DNA of 64,000 nucleotides, from assembly GCA_050943415.1 (NCBI GenBank), contig JBMNPD010000002.1, positions 5,036 through 69,035 on the forward strand. Direction: 5' to 3'. The DNA is from Candidatus Dojkabacteria bacterium. GTDB lineage: Bacteria; Patescibacteriota; Dojkabacteria; SC72. This document shows positions 1 to 10,822 of the stretch, piece after piece (position 1 is the stretch's first letter; each line of letters starts with the position of its first letter). Below the pieces are notes generated by a model. The model was not told the origin of the DNA and searched no databases. It saw only the letters and a list, made by a program, of their open reading frames with translations. The translations under genes and the position numbers were made by a program.

Positions 1-97
1 ACTCTGTTGTTGCTCTTCCTGTCCTTATTTGTGAGAGGTCTTCTCTAATATGGTTTATACATTTCTCTATATCTGTTTTAAATTCGTCCAAAAGCAT
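1..97 (-). CDS. frr: Ribosome recycling factor (5' part, runs off window)
   Basis: Manual translation from ATG at 97: MLLDEFKTDIEKCINHIREDLSQIRTGRATTE; the IRTGRA motif is characteristic of RRF; lies downstream of rpsB-tsf. Confidence 0.9.
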   Translation of the reverse strand, partial: MLLDEFKTDIEKCINHIREDLSQIRTGRATTE

Positions 98-309
98 ATG
101 TTTTTTACTAATGTTATGGTTTTATTTTATACTAAAGATAGATATATTCCAAGTAGTTACATTAGATAAAAACTAGTGTTACTAAAAGTATATCCCGTTA
201 GATAAAAATATACTCATTAAAAATTTATACAGATCGAAAAAATATCATCTAACATTTCTCTACTTTACAATATTTATTTCATTTAGAACAAAGTAGGATA
301 TATTGTTAG

Positions 310-349
310 AAGGAGTTTCTTACTTATTTCTTTGTGCAAGAAACTCCTT
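310..349 (-). terminator. Hairpin/intrinsic terminator downstream of orphan ORF 379-1215
   Basis: AAGGAGTTTCTT...AAGAAACTCCTT 12-bp perfect inverted repeat about 30 nt after the stop. Confidence 0.6.
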
Positions 350-378
350 ATTCAAACAAAGGATAAAATTTTCCACCA

Positions 379-1215
379 TTAGTGGAATTTAGCGTTTACA
401 ATAAACGCTATGATATCTTCTTCTAATTTAGAACATAAAACTCTTTTTTTGAGTCTTAGATTTACCTCTTGCCCTTTAATGGTCACTTCCGAAACACACA
501 AGAAGTGGTCCACTATACCTGTTTCGATCTCTCGAGCTTTCTCTTCTTCAAAATCCCAAATGAATGTGAATTTTTTTTCTAATTCAACATCCGCAATTTC
601 TACACATCTTTTCCCAGAAATGTAATATTCAAAAAACCTCATAAAAGGAACATCCAAATATTGTTCAACAAATTCTGTGACCGTCTCATCTAGAAATTCG
701 TCATAGGTTTTTGGATATTCTATTGGTAATTCTTCAGGATCAAAATAAATCCGAAGCATTTCACACAATCTGACTGCCCAAAACTCCCAGAACAAACCCA
801 TCAATCCAGGATCTGGTTCAGGTTTTTCTACAACACCAACATTTTGGTTATTGGCCCTGTGTTTAAGATAGTGTCTAAGATGCTTTGATCGATTATTACA
901 CACTTTTTCGATATAGTCATCGATAGCTTGTGTAGTTAGCTCATTACCAGGATTACTAATAAATTCTTTCATAGCCTCACAACGAGCCTCTTCATAAATT
1001 GGCTTAACTTCTCCCAAGCTAACTCCAATCCCAGCAATGAATTCACTTATAGACATTTTTGTTATTTGTTTTGCTTTTTGTTCCTCCAAAAACTTATTTA
1101 TTTGTTGAGATGAATATCTTTGAGAAATCTTCAGAAAAAACTTATCTTTTGTTTTTTTACGGACATACTTATCATATCTTTCACTAATAAATGCGGCTAA
1201 ATCTTCTATAAACAT
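379..1215 (-). CDS. Hypothetical protein (278 aa)
   Basis: Long ORF with strong RBS (GAAGGAGAG), own leader and terminator; no recognised motif. Confidence 0.75.
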   Translation of the reverse strand: MFIEDLAAFISERYDKYVRKKTKDKFFLKISQRYSSQQINKFLEEQKAKQITKMSISEFIAGIGVSLGEVKPIYEEARCEAMKEFISNPGNELTTQAIDDYIEKVCNNRSKHLRHYLKHRANNQNVGVVEKPEPDPGLMGLFWEFWAVRLCEMLRIYFDPEELPIEYPKTYDEFLDETVTEFVEQYLDVPFMRFFEYYISGKRCVEIADVELEKKFTFIWDFEEEKAREIETGIVDHFLCVSEVTIKGQEVNLRLKKRVLCSKLEEDIIAFIVNAKFH

Positions 1216-1390
1216 ATTTCTCTCCTTCTTCCATTATGGAATATGTAAAAGTGTTTTCCTCAGTATATGCTGAATACTATTCTTAAAAGGTATTAAGAAC
1301 TAAATACAGCATATACAGATTTAAGAAGAAATACATATAATCCTTTGTTGTTAATGAACAGACACATATATATGCAAAGATAGTATAGGT
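1216..1390 (-). promoter_or_regulatory. Leader: -10 (TATACT), boxA-like TGTTCATTAACAA, long hairpin, RBS
   Basis: Minus strand TGTTCATTAACAA at 1348-1360; GTATATGCTG...CAGCATATAC stem at about 1263-1316. Confidence 0.5.
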
Positions 1391-1852
1391 ATCTACCAGT
1401 ATTATATCAGACTATGGGCTACGCTGCAATATAATGTATAGATCAAAACTGCCATTTTACTGATGATAGAAATTCAGGAAATGTTCCTCATTTTGTCTTT
1501 CTATTACTACCAAGGATAGCTTCTGCTTATGAGAATAACGTATATTGTGCAGTTTTATTACATCAAAATAACCACGAAACAAGTATAACTTACCTCTTAG
1601 AAAGGAGAAACATCGTTGTTTTAAAAGAGATGTTAGTTATATTTGTTTTGATATAAGAAATTACCAATGTATGGATGATTTAGGCAACAACAAGAGACCT
1701 GTTGATTGGTTAAACAAGAATGAGTGTAAGGCTGGGTTTAATAAGATACTAAAGAGTGCATTATCTCATTATCCTATATATAACTTGAGTAAAAAACATA
1801 TGGAAATAAAACCAATTTCATATCAATATACAAACAATTTTTAGGTACCAAC

Positions 1853-2569
1853 TTACTTCTTCCCTAACTCCCAAACCAATATTCTAGATATCTTTAATGG
1901 TTCTCCAAGTTTCTGTGTATTCTCATCTAACAAAGCTCCAATTGTCTTAGATTCATCCTTAAACCACTTCTGCTCTAAAAGACATTTCTCAGAAAAGTAT
2001 TTGTTTAGCTTACCTTCTACAATCTTCTCTGCAATCTCCTTTGGTTTGCCCTCTGCTTCAACTTCTTTGTTGAAAACTTCTTTAATCTTAGCAATCTCCT
2101 CTTCTGGAATATCCTCCTTACTTACAAACTCTGGCTTCATAGCTGCAACCTGAAGAGCAATCTCATGAACAAAGGACTTAAAATCATCATTCTTTGCTAC
2201 AAAATCAGTCTTACAATTAACCTCTACCAAAGATACTAATCTCTGATCCTGACCATGAACATAGCAATCAATGATACCTTCGGACTTCACATCATTTTCC
2301 TCCTCTATTGGAGCATCCCAACCTCTTTCCTTAATAATCTCAACTGCTTTCTCAAAATCCTTACCTGCATCTTCATATGCTAATTTACATAAACCAATCT
2401 TTGCTCCAGTTAAATTATGTAGTCTACCCATAACATCACTTCTTTCATTGATATACTCTGTAGCCTTTGCCATATCTCCATCTGATTTCTCTAAAGCCTC
2501 TTTACAAAGAGCCATACCTGCTGAAGTTTTGTTTCTTAAGTTCTTAATATCTTCAATACTGATTGCCAT
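1853..2569 (-). CDS. tsf: Elongation factor Ts
   Basis: IKNLRNKTSAGMALCKEAL UBA-like N-terminus (apparently duplicated), EVNCKTDFVA motif, follows rpsB. Confidence 0.95.
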   Translation of the reverse strand: MAISIEDIKNLRNKTSAGMALCKEALEKSDGDMAKATEYINERSDVMGRLHNLTGAKIGLCKLAYEDAGKDFEKAVEIIKERGWDAPIEEENDVKSEGIIDCYVHGQDQRLVSLVEVNCKTDFVAKNDDFKSFVHEIALQVAAMKPEFVSKEDIPEEEIAKIKEVFNKEVEAEGKPKEIAEKIVEGKLNKYFSEKCLLEQKWFKDESKTIGALLDENTQKLGEPLKISRILVWELGKK

Positions 2570-2587
2570 ATGTTTACTGTACTAAAT

Positions 2588-3724
2588 TTATTTTATAGCT
2601 TTTGTAATATCCTCTACTGCCTTAGCACCAATACCCTTAATATCACCTAACTCTTCCTTACTCATTCCCTTCAACATACTAACATTTGTAATACCTGCAT
2701 CAAGTAAAGAGTTAACTACTCTGGTTGCAAGACCTAAATCTTCTACCGACTTACTCTCTTCTTTAGCTTTAACCTTCTCTGCAGCCTCTATCTCTGCATC
2801 AATATCTTTCTCTTTCTTAACAACTCTAATTACAGAACCCTGATCAGTAGCACTTACTTTTCCTTCTCTTAATGCCCTCATTCTCTCTCTGTCTTCCTTT
2901 TCCATCTTCTGAATTCTTTCTCTCTCCTCTAGATACTCTTTATGTAGTTTATCAAGCATTGCCTCATGGTCTCTTCGCAAAGATATGACTGAGAGTGATT
3001 TTGGTGATTTGCCACATACTTCTCCAAACAGATTAGCAAAGAGAGCAATACTCTTTAGTGAGTCATCATTTGCAGGTATTGGATAATCTATGATATCTGG
3101 ATTGCAGTTAGTATCAATCAATCCAATGATTGGAATATTCATTGCCCTAGCCTCTTTAATAGCATTCTCTTCTACTTGGCTATCAATGACAATGATTGCT
3201 GTTGGTAGTTTGTCCATGAACTTAATACCACTGTACAACTTGTTTAACCTATCAATTTCTTTCTGCATAACTAACATCTCTTTCTTTACATGTCCTTTTC
3301 CACCTTTTGCTAATTCTTCTTCTAATTTAAGAAGGTTGTTTACACTCTTTTTGATTGCTTCAAAGTTAGTAAATAGTCCACCAGGCCATCTTCTGTTGAT
3401 GTAGAAGAGTCCTTTCTCAAGTGCAACACTTTGTACAATTGTAGCTGCTTGTCCTTTTGTACCAACAATTAGGATATTTCCTTGTGTACTGTATTTGGAA
3501 AGCTTATCTAAAGCTACTTCTAGCAACTCTAAAGTCTTTACCAAATCGATTATATGAGTGCCGTTTCTTTCTTCATAGATATACTTTTTCATTCTAGGAT
3601 TCCACGCACTTTTCTTGTGTCCAAAATGGGATCCTGCCTTTAGCAGATCTATGAGTTCTGGTAGTTGAAAACTTTTGTTTTTAGTCTCTGTTTTCTTGGA
3701 GACTTCTTTTTTGACTTCTGTCAT
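2588..3724 (-). CDS. rpsB: 30S ribosomal protein S2 with C-terminal alpha-CTD-like/HhH extension
   Basis: LLKAGSHFGH, RWPGGLFTN, DTNCNP, IPANDD motifs; about 130 aa extra C-terminus. Confidence 0.95.
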   Translation of the reverse strand: MTEVKKEVSKKTETKNKSFQLPELIDLLKAGSHFGHKKSAWNPRMKKYIYEERNGTHIIDLVKTLELLEVALDKLSKYSTQGNILIVGTKGQAATIVQSVALEKGLFYINRRWPGGLFTNFEAIKKSVNNLLKLEEELAKGGKGHVKKEMLVMQKEIDRLNKLYSGIKFMDKLPTAIIVIDSQVEENAIKEARAMNIPIIGLIDTNCNPDIIDYPIPANDDSLKSIALFANLFGEVCGKSPKSLSVISLRRDHEAMLDKLHKEYLEERERIQKMEKEDRERMRALREGKVSATDQGSVIRVVKKEKDIDAEIEAAEKVKAKEESKSVEDLGLATRVVNSLLDAGITNVSMLKGMSKEELGDIKGIGAKAVEDITKAIK

Positions 3725-3902
3725 ATTTTTCCTTTCCTTTTAAATTAATATTTCTGGAGGGTAATATTTCTATTATCCAGGATAGGCCAGAAATATATGA
3801 GATATATATTAAACGAGATGATTATATAGATTTATGTAAAGTAATGCAACTTTTAAATTTGGTTTCATCATTTCTTGACTAGCATAACACAGTAAATTAA
3901 TT

Positions 3903-4538
3903 TTAAACCTCAACCCTCCTCCATTCTTTGTTCCCAATAACAATATGATCTAAGAGATTTATACCTATCAATTCTGCACCATCCATCAATCTTTTTGTAA
4001 CAGCAACATCTTCCATACTAGGAGTAGGATCTCCTGAAGGATGATTGTGTGCCAATATCACACTATTTGCATTCAACTCCAAAGCTGGAATTATGATATC
4101 CCTAGGTAAAATGGAAACACCATCTAAGCTACCAATACATATAATTTTCTTTTTGATTAACTCAAACCTCGAATTCAGAAACAATCCAACAATATACTCC
4201 TGTTTCTTCTTACCAATATCCTTTAACAACTCATACGCTTCTGCAGAATTCCTTACAAAACACTTCTCACTATTAACAGGTTCATACAATCTACGACCCA
4301 ATTCAATACCTGACAAAATACGCATAGCAGTAACCTTACCGATACCATTAACAGAGACGACATCTTTAACAGTAACAGCCTTTCCATCCTCCAACCCCTT
4401 TCGCAGAACATACAAAACACTCTTAGCAACAGACAGAAAATTCTTTCCTTTAACACCACTACCAACAATAATGGCAATCAATTCCATATCTGAAAGATTT
4501 TCAATACCAAATTTAAGATACTTTTCTCTAGGAAGCAT
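3903..4538 (-). CDS. radC: RadC/JAB-domain protein
   Basis: PREK..G...LSD.EL, GIG HhH, AHNHPSGDPTPS, LLDHIVIG. Confidence 0.93.
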   Translation of the reverse strand: MLPREKYLKFGIENLSDMELIAIIVGSGVKGKNFLSVAKSVLYVLRKGLEDGKAVTVKDVVSVNGIGKVTAMRILSGIELGRRLYEPVNSEKCFVRNSAEAYELLKDIGKKKQEYIVGLFLNSRFELIKKKIICIGSLDGVSILPRDIIIPALELNANSVILAHNHPSGDPTPSMEDVAVTKRLMDGAELIGINLLDHIVIGNKEWRRVEV

Positions 4539-4572
4539 ATCTTAATAATACGAGGGAAATATTAAAAAAAAA

Positions 4573-6732
4573 TTAAATCTCCTTTTTACTCTTAGACTTC
4601 TTTGCACTCTTCTTAATATACCTACAATCAGGATAATTACTACAACCAATAAAACTTCTACCCCATTTACTCCTTCTTTCAACCAAATGATGCCCACACT
4701 CAGGACACTTCTCATTCAACAACAAAGGAACAACACCCTTACAATCAGGATAATTCTCACAAGCCCAGAATTTGCCGTATTTTCCACTCTTCAATACAAG
4801 GTTAGATTTACACTCAGGACACTCCGTAGGACGAGCATATTTTTCAAAATCTAAACTCTCCTCTGCTCCAGACAAATCTTTCATACCTTTACATTCAGGG
4901 AATTTCGCACAACTCAAAAACTTACCATACCTACCAACCCTTACAACCATTTTTCCACCACAAGTAGGACATTTCTCATCAGAATCTCCTAGTATGACAA
5001 CATCTTCTTTCTTAACATTCTTCTCTGCCAAAGCGATACCCTCCATCATTGGCACATACTCACTCTCGATTACAGGAACATATTTCTTCTTCCCAAGAGC
5101 AATACCATCAAGTTCATCTTCCACCTTAGCAGTATATTTGTAGTCAACAAGTCTCTTAAAATTACCTCTCAAGAAATTAGTTACAACTCTACCAACATCT
5201 GTAGGATATATAGCTTTACCGTCTTTAAGCACGTACCCTCTAGCTAAAATTGTAGAAATAATCGTTGCATATGTAGAAGGTCTTCCAATACCCAACTCCT
5301 CCAATTTCTTAATCAAGGAAGCCTCTGTATACCTTGCAGGTGGCACAGTAAATTTCTGCTCATTCACAAACTCCAACTTCTCAAATTCATCACCCTTCTC
5401 CACTTTAGATATCTCCTGTACATCACCACTCTCTTTACCACCACCTAAAACCTTTCTAAAACCATCAAACAAAATCTTCTCTGCAGCCATACTAAACATA
5501 TACTCTGGATCTTTCAAATCTTTAGGTACTACGAATACAGAAAGCTGTTCAACTTCCCTGTTACTCATCTGACTAGAAACTGCTCTCTTCCATATTAAAG
5601 AGTACAACTTCCCAGCATGTGCACCTAACTCCGAAGCTATCTGCTTTTCTGTAACAGAAAAATCTGTTGGTCTAATAGCCTCGTGTGCTTCCTGAGCATT
5701 CTTAGATTTAGTTTTGTAAAAGTTAGGTTTTTCTGGCAGATACTCTTTACCGTACCTTTCTTCAACTAACTTTCTGATACTATCAACGGCCTTACTTGCA
5801 AGAAAAACAGAATCTGTTCTCATATATGTAATATATCCTGCCTGATACAAGATCTGAGCAATACTCATTGTTCTTTTAGATGTAAAGCCCAATGAATTGT
5901 ATGCTGATTGTTGAAGCGTAGAGGTAGTATATGGAGGATATGCATGTTTACTCACATTCTTTTTAACAATATCCTTTACAACAAACCTACTATCCCCAAT
6001 AAGTTTCTCCATCTCCTCTACCTCTTCCTGCTTCTTGGGAACATATTTCTTTCCGTCCTTCTTACTTAGCTTTGCAATCAAAACATTCTTTTCATCATCC
6101 TTTAATTTGACAGAAACATCCCAATATTCCTCTGGATTAAATGCTTCTCTCTCCTCTTCTTTTTCTACAACAAGCCTTAAAGCTACAGATTGTACTCTTC
6201 CTGCAGAAAGACCGTACCAAATCTTCTTCCAAAGCAATTCTGAAAGCTTGTACCCTACTAATCTATCTAACACTCTTCTTGCTTTTTGAGCATTAACTAA
6301 ATCAATATTAATCTCTTCTACATTATCTAAAGCATCTTTGACAGCACTTTCTGTAATCTCATGGAAAGACACTCTCTTAGGAGACTTCAAGTTCAAGACA
6401 TTAGCTGTATGAAATGCGATAGCTTCACCCTCTCTATCAGGGTCCATTGCAAGATATACTTGCCCATCTTTAGGAATTGCTTTCTTTAGATCTTTAATAA
6501 TTTTGCCTTTACCGTATATCGTTTCAAAGATAGGTTCATATCCATTCTCAATATCAACACCAAGTTTACTCTTTGGCAAGTCAATTATATGGCCAACTGT
6601 AGCCATAACTTTGTAGTCAGAACCTAAATACTTATTTATTGTCTTAGCTTTTGAAGGAGACTCTACTATTAGCAAGTTCTTGTAACTCTTCTTACTAGCT
6701 GTTTCTTTTTTACTGGTTTTCTTCTTTTTCAT
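4573..6732 (-). CDS. topA: DNA topoisomerase I
   Basis: LLIVESPSKAKTI, DPDREGE, SAGRVQS, ITYMRTDS, C-terminal Zn ribbons. Confidence 0.97.
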   Translation of the reverse strand: MKKKKTSKKETASKKSYKNLLIVESPSKAKTINKYLGSDYKVMATVGHIIDLPKSKLGVDIENGYEPIFETIYGKGKIIKDLKKAIPKDGQVYLAMDPDREGEAIAFHTANVLNLKSPKRVSFHEITESAVKDALDNVEEINIDLVNAQKARRVLDRLVGYKLSELLWKKIWYGLSAGRVQSVALRLVVEKEEEREAFNPEEYWDVSVKLKDDEKNVLIAKLSKKDGKKYVPKKQEEVEEMEKLIGDSRFVVKDIVKKNVSKHAYPPYTTSTLQQSAYNSLGFTSKRTMSIAQILYQAGYITYMRTDSVFLASKAVDSIRKLVEERYGKEYLPEKPNFYKTKSKNAQEAHEAIRPTDFSVTEKQIASELGAHAGKLYSLIWKRAVSSQMSNREVEQLSVFVVPKDLKDPEYMFSMAAEKILFDGFRKVLGGGKESGDVQEISKVEKGDEFEKLEFVNEQKFTVPPARYTEASLIKKLEELGIGRPSTYATIISTILARGYVLKDGKAIYPTDVGRVVTNFLRGNFKRLVDYKYTAKVEDELDGIALGKKKYVPVIESEYVPMMEGIALAEKNVKKEDVVILGDSDEKCPTCGGKMVVRVGRYGKFLSCAKFPECKGMKDLSGAEESLDFEKYARPTECPECKSNLVLKSGKYGKFWACENYPDCKGVVPLLLNEKCPECGHHLVERRSKWGRSFIGCSNYPDCRYIKKSAKKSKSKKEI

Positions 6733-6762
6733 ATCTCAATGGTCGTAATAATATATTAGGAA

Positions 6763-7434
6763 TTAAGTAAAAGCAACAAATTGAGTTTTTTGTAAGCCAA
6801 ATATTTCATAGAATTCGTTGATATTATTCAACGGAGTAGCCCCCTGCTTTATCAACTCATTGCATCCTGCAGAAAGCAGATTATTAATATTTCCCGGTAC
6901 TGCATATATGTTTCTGTTGTTTTCTAAAGCATACTGTGCTGTTATCAAAGAACCACTCTTAATTCCTGCTTCTATGATAATACAATTTTTAGACAGACCT
7001 GCCACTATCCTATTCCTCAATACAAACATATATTTTTGAATCTTAGTAGAGTTAGGATATTCTGAGAGTATTAAGCCTTTTTGGGAGATCTCTTCTACTA
7101 AGGGATCTCTAATCTCTAGGTTATTTTCACATACCCCCACAGGTATTACAGCAATTGTCTTAATACCTCTTTTTAGACATATCTCATGCGCATATCTGTC
7201 TACTCCTCTTGCCATTCCACTAACTACTGCTATGTTTAGTTTTGCAAATTGTGAAGTAAAGAAAGTATCGATAGTCCATTTACCGTAATCTGTCATACTT
7301 CTAGTACCAACGACAGAAACCTTGTCCATACGCAACAAATTAACATCTCCATAACAGTAAAGCCTCTGCGGAGGATCATATATTTTCTTTAACAAGCATG
7401 GATACCTACTATCCATATACTCTACAATTTCCAT
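6763..7434 (-). CDS. dprA: DNA-processing protein DprA
   Basis: VVGTR, VSGMARGVD, RNRIVAGLS, SGSLITA. Confidence 0.93.
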   Translation of the reverse strand: MEIVEYMDSRYPCLLKKIYDPPQRLYCYGDVNLLRMDKVSVVGTRSMTDYGKWTIDTFFTSQFAKLNIAVVSGMARGVDRYAHEICLKRGIKTIAVIPVGVCENNLEIRDPLVEEISQKGLILSEYPNSTKIQKYMFVLRNRIVAGLSKNCIIIEAGIKSGSLITAQYALENNRNIYAVPGNINNLLSAGCNELIKQGATPLNNINEFYEIFGLQKTQFVAFT

Positions 7435-7463
7435 ATATAGAGTATATTGGAGAATTATTAAAT

Positions 7464-9467
7464 CTAGATTAACCCGTTCTCACTCATCCAAATAATCATT
7501 TCTCTTGCTAATGCTGTTGCATTGTAGCTTTGTCCTCCGTCTTCTAAAAAGATTGTTAGAGCATATTTAGGATTCTCATATGGAAAGAATGTTGTCACCC
7601 AAGCATGAGTATGCTCATATATCCCATCTTTGTTTAACTTACCAAACTCAGCAGTACCTGTCTTAGCAACAACTTTAACGCTCAAACCACGCACTCCACC
7701 AATTGTAGCTCTAGGTCCATTAACAGCATTAAACATACCATCTTTCACTATATCTAAAGCTTCAGTAGATACTATATTCTCTTCCAAGTTAGAGAATTCT
7801 ACAGCTTCCTGTTTCTTCTCTTCATTTTCAAAATACTTTGCTAAATGTGGTGTATGTAAAGTACCACCATTAGCTATCGCTGCTGTCCAATTTGCCATCT
7901 GCAATGGAGTGACTAAAGTAATACCCTGCCCTATGACTGAGTTGCAAGAATCACCCTCAGGATACCAGACAGGCTCTAGCCAAGGACTAGTTGTATTTGC
8001 TAAAGCTATCTTGTTTGCAGGTGATGGCAATCTCCCCGCTGCCTCACCTGGTATGTCTATTCCTGTATATCTTCCAATACCAAACTTCTCTAGGTAAGGT
8101 ACCAATGCATTCATATCCCAATTTCTAATCAATTCACAGAAGTATATGTTTGATGATACAGATATTGCATTCACCATATTTAGAGGACCGTAAGAGTTGT
8201 TGTGATACTCTTGAAAAGGTGCTCCACTTGAGAATGTATATCCTGAACGACTAACATATATTGTATTTTTGTTAACAGCTTTCGCATCTAATGCCGCTGC
8301 AGCAACCAACACCTTAAAAGTAGAACCGGGGGGCATTTGTGCAGCTATTGCCCTGTTCATTAAAGGATTTCTGGAATCATTCAACAACGCATTGTAGTTT
8401 GTTTGAGATATTCCATTAACAAAAAGATTGTTGTCATAGGTAGGAAACGATACCAAAGAGAGAAGTTCTCCATTTGTGACATCTTCTAAAACAGCTGCTC
8501 CTCCTACAGCTTTGTATTTACTTACTCCCTCTTCAATTAACGAGTACAGCTTTTTCTGAACATTGATATCTAAAGTCAGATACAGATTACTTCCAGCAAC
8601 AGGCTCTTTCAAAATGTACGGCTCTGTTGACACTGTTTTTCCAACAGCATTTACTTCCCAAGCTGTCTCTCCATGCTCTCCAAAAAGTTTTTTGTCATAC
8701 TCTCTCTCAAGACCTGTTAACCCTACAACATCCGTCATGGACACATAATCTCTTTTTTCCAATATCTCTGCAGTTACTTCTCCCGTATACCCCAACATTT
8801 GAGATACAAAATTATCTTCTGGATACTGTCTTTTGTTACCATCATCAATATATACTCCTTTCATCTCTGCTAAATTTGCCTTTATCTTAATAGCGGTATC
8901 ATTATCTATATCTGTAGCAATTAAGATTTCTCTGAAATATGGACTCTCTTTATGTACAGAGAGTATCTTTTCCATAATTGAGGAGTACTCTGTAACTCCA
9001 TCTGTTTTCTTTTTCTTCCAATTCTCCCCTATTATTTCAGAGAGAGAATTAACTGTTTTCTCTAACTCATCAGCCTTAATATATCCATCAGAATCAAGAT
9101 AGTTCTCTACAAGAATATATACGTTCATAGAGGGATCATTCTTTGCCAAGATTACACCGTTTCTATCCAGTATGACTCCTCTTAAAGGTGCAACTTTAGT
9201 TATCTTAACCTTGTTATTCTCAGATTTACTCAACATCTCTACCCCTTGTGTTACTTGCAGATTAACCAAATCCTTTATCAATATCGCAAATATACCTACA
9301 AAAAGCAGAAAAAGAATGAAGTAGTTCCAAGCCGAATTAAAATTACTCTCATCACTATTTTTAACTGAGGCTCTAATTCCAGCTAAAATATTTTTAGGAT
9401 TTAAGTACGCTCCTCCTACTTTAGATCGTTTCTCTATTTCAATTTTTTTTGAAATTTTAAGATCCAT
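7464..9467 (-). CDS. mrdA: Penicillin-binding protein 2
   Basis: RGVILDRNG, PPGSTFK (SxxK), SSN, KTGTAE; follows mreBCD. Confidence 0.92.
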   Translation of the reverse strand: MDLKISKKIEIEKRSKVGGAYLNPKNILAGIRASVKNSDESNFNSAWNYFILFLLFVGIFAILIKDLVNLQVTQGVEMLSKSENNKVKITKVAPLRGVILDRNGVILAKNDPSMNVYILVENYLDSDGYIKADELEKTVNSLSEIIGENWKKKKTDGVTEYSSIMEKILSVHKESPYFREILIATDIDNDTAIKIKANLAEMKGVYIDDGNKRQYPEDNFVSQMLGYTGEVTAEILEKRDYVSMTDVVGLTGLEREYDKKLFGEHGETAWEVNAVGKTVSTEPYILKEPVAGSNLYLTLDINVQKKLYSLIEEGVSKYKAVGGAAVLEDVTNGELLSLVSFPTYDNNLFVNGISQTNYNALLNDSRNPLMNRAIAAQMPPGSTFKVLVAAAALDAKAVNKNTIYVSRSGYTFSSGAPFQEYHNNSYGPLNMVNAISVSSNIYFCELIRNWDMNALVPYLEKFGIGRYTGIDIPGEAAGRLPSPANKIALANTTSPWLEPVWYPEGDSCNSVIGQGITLVTPLQMANWTAAIANGGTLHTPHLAKYFENEEKKQEAVEFSNLEENIVSTEALDIVKDGMFNAVNGPRATIGGVRGLSVKVVAKTGTAEFGKLNKDGIYEHTHAWVTTFFPYENPKYALTIFLEDGGQSYNATALAREMIIWMSENGLI

Positions 9468-9468
9468 A

Positions 9469-9978
9469 TTATCTAGACAATTTTATCTTTGACCTCTCTC
9501 CACTTTCATCTCGTATTTTACCAATCATCCTTTGAAGTAATGTTGTTAGCAGTACAGAGATCAACGAGATTAAGAGAGAATGAGTTAGTGTGTTTACAGT
9601 AATATTTGAAAATTTTTGTGATATGAAGAGTGTAGGAACTGTTGCAAGAAGAATATAGTAGAGAAAGAATGTTAAAAACTTAACAAGCCAAGAGAATACT
9701 CCTGTTTCGGTTGTAACAAAAATACAAAGTATTGCAAAAAACACCAAAGACACAAGTGCAATTAACAAGTTAGTTCCTAAAATGTAATGAGATGTGATGT
9801 CTGAGATTAGAAAGAGGAAGAACATGATTAAGAAGAGTATCCTCCAATCAATTTTTTTGTAAAGTAGAAGAAGAATTATGAATGTTATTCTTAAACCAAT
9901 TAGACTAGAAAGGAAACCTTCTAAGAAGGTTACTACAAATATTCCAATTAGTATGTATATTATCTCTAGTAGTATCAT
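9469..9978 (-). CDS. mreD: Probable rod shape-determining protein MreD
   Basis: Highly hydrophobic ~170 aa ORF between mreC and PBP2; assignment is positional. Confidence 0.6.
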   Translation of the reverse strand: MILLEIIYILIGIFVVTFLEGFLSSLIGLRITFIILLLLYKKIDWRILFLIMFFLFLISDITSHYILGTNLLIALVSLVFFAILCIFVTTETGVFSWLVKFLTFFLYYILLATVPTLFISQKFSNITVNTLTHSLLISLISVLLTTLLQRMIGKIRDESGERSKIKLSR

Positions 9979-9979
9979 A

Positions 9980-10807
9980 TTAATTAATATTAACAAATAC
10001 GGTAATTAAGCTATCATAGTCTGCTAAAGGAGTGACATATCCTGTACGAGATGTACTAGCAGGATTGTCTGAAAGTCCTACCAAATATCCAAGTACTAGG
10101 TACGCCCCTATCTTTTCATCATTTAAAACTACAATGTCTCCATCTTTTACATTTGCATTAACATTGATATTTTCTACACTAATACTATTTCCCAATCCTA
10201 CAACTACTGCTTTTGTTAATACAGTTGGAGATGATGATATTACAGCATCTTTTACACCACTCTCTGTCAAAATGACTTCAAATCTACTGTCTTTTGAAGC
10301 TGCTAATTTAACCAACGAACCGTTTAAGTCAGCTTTAATAACTTGCCCAATATACATATTTCCTATGCTAACAACATCATCTTGTTCTACTCCATCTTTA
10401 GAACCGACATTGATTCGAAGATACTCAGAATTACCACCACTTAGCACTTTTGCTTCTACATATTTCTTAGTAATATCTGCTAGTTGTAACTGTTTTTTGA
10501 GTGCTTCGTTTTCTTCTTTAAGAAGAAGGTAGTATGAATTGTTAACATCTTTTTCATATATATCGACTTTTAGTTTGTTGTAATCTTTTCTAAATTCGTC
10601 CATCTTAGTCAAACTTGCAAAATATTCTCTAACACGACCCCCTATTTCAGAGCCGTTGTAAGAGACAGGTTCAAAAACAAAAGAGATTGTTTTTCTAAGT
10701 GGGTTCACAACTCCTATGGAATCTAAAAGAACGAGCATTAATGTAACAAAAAAAACAAAGATGAAAGATATATATGTTTTATCAAAGATAGAGTTCTTAC
10801 TCTTCAT
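9980..10807 (-). CDS. mreC: Rod shape-determining protein MreC
   Basis: TM + coiled coil (LKEENEALKKQL) + INVGSKDGV; after mreB. Confidence 0.88.
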   Translation of the reverse strand: MKSKNSIFDKTYISFIFVFFVTLMLVLLDSIGVVNPLRKTISFVFEPVSYNGSEIGGRVREYFASLTKMDEFRKDYNKLKVDIYEKDVNNSYYLLLKEENEALKKQLQLADITKKYVEAKVLSGGNSEYLRINVGSKDGVEQDDVVSIGNMYIGQVIKADLNGSLVKLAASKDSRFEVILTESGVKDAVISSSPTVLTKAVVVGLGNSISVENINVNANVKDGDIVVLNDEKIGAYLVLGYLVGLSDNPASTSRTGYVTPLADYDSLITVFVNIN

Positions 10808-10822
10808 CAGAATTTAGGTTAA

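Noticed and set aside
120-260. TTAGATAAAAA and ACTAAA short repeats upstream of frr
   Set aside because: Only two copies in very AT-rich DNA; not distinguishable from chance
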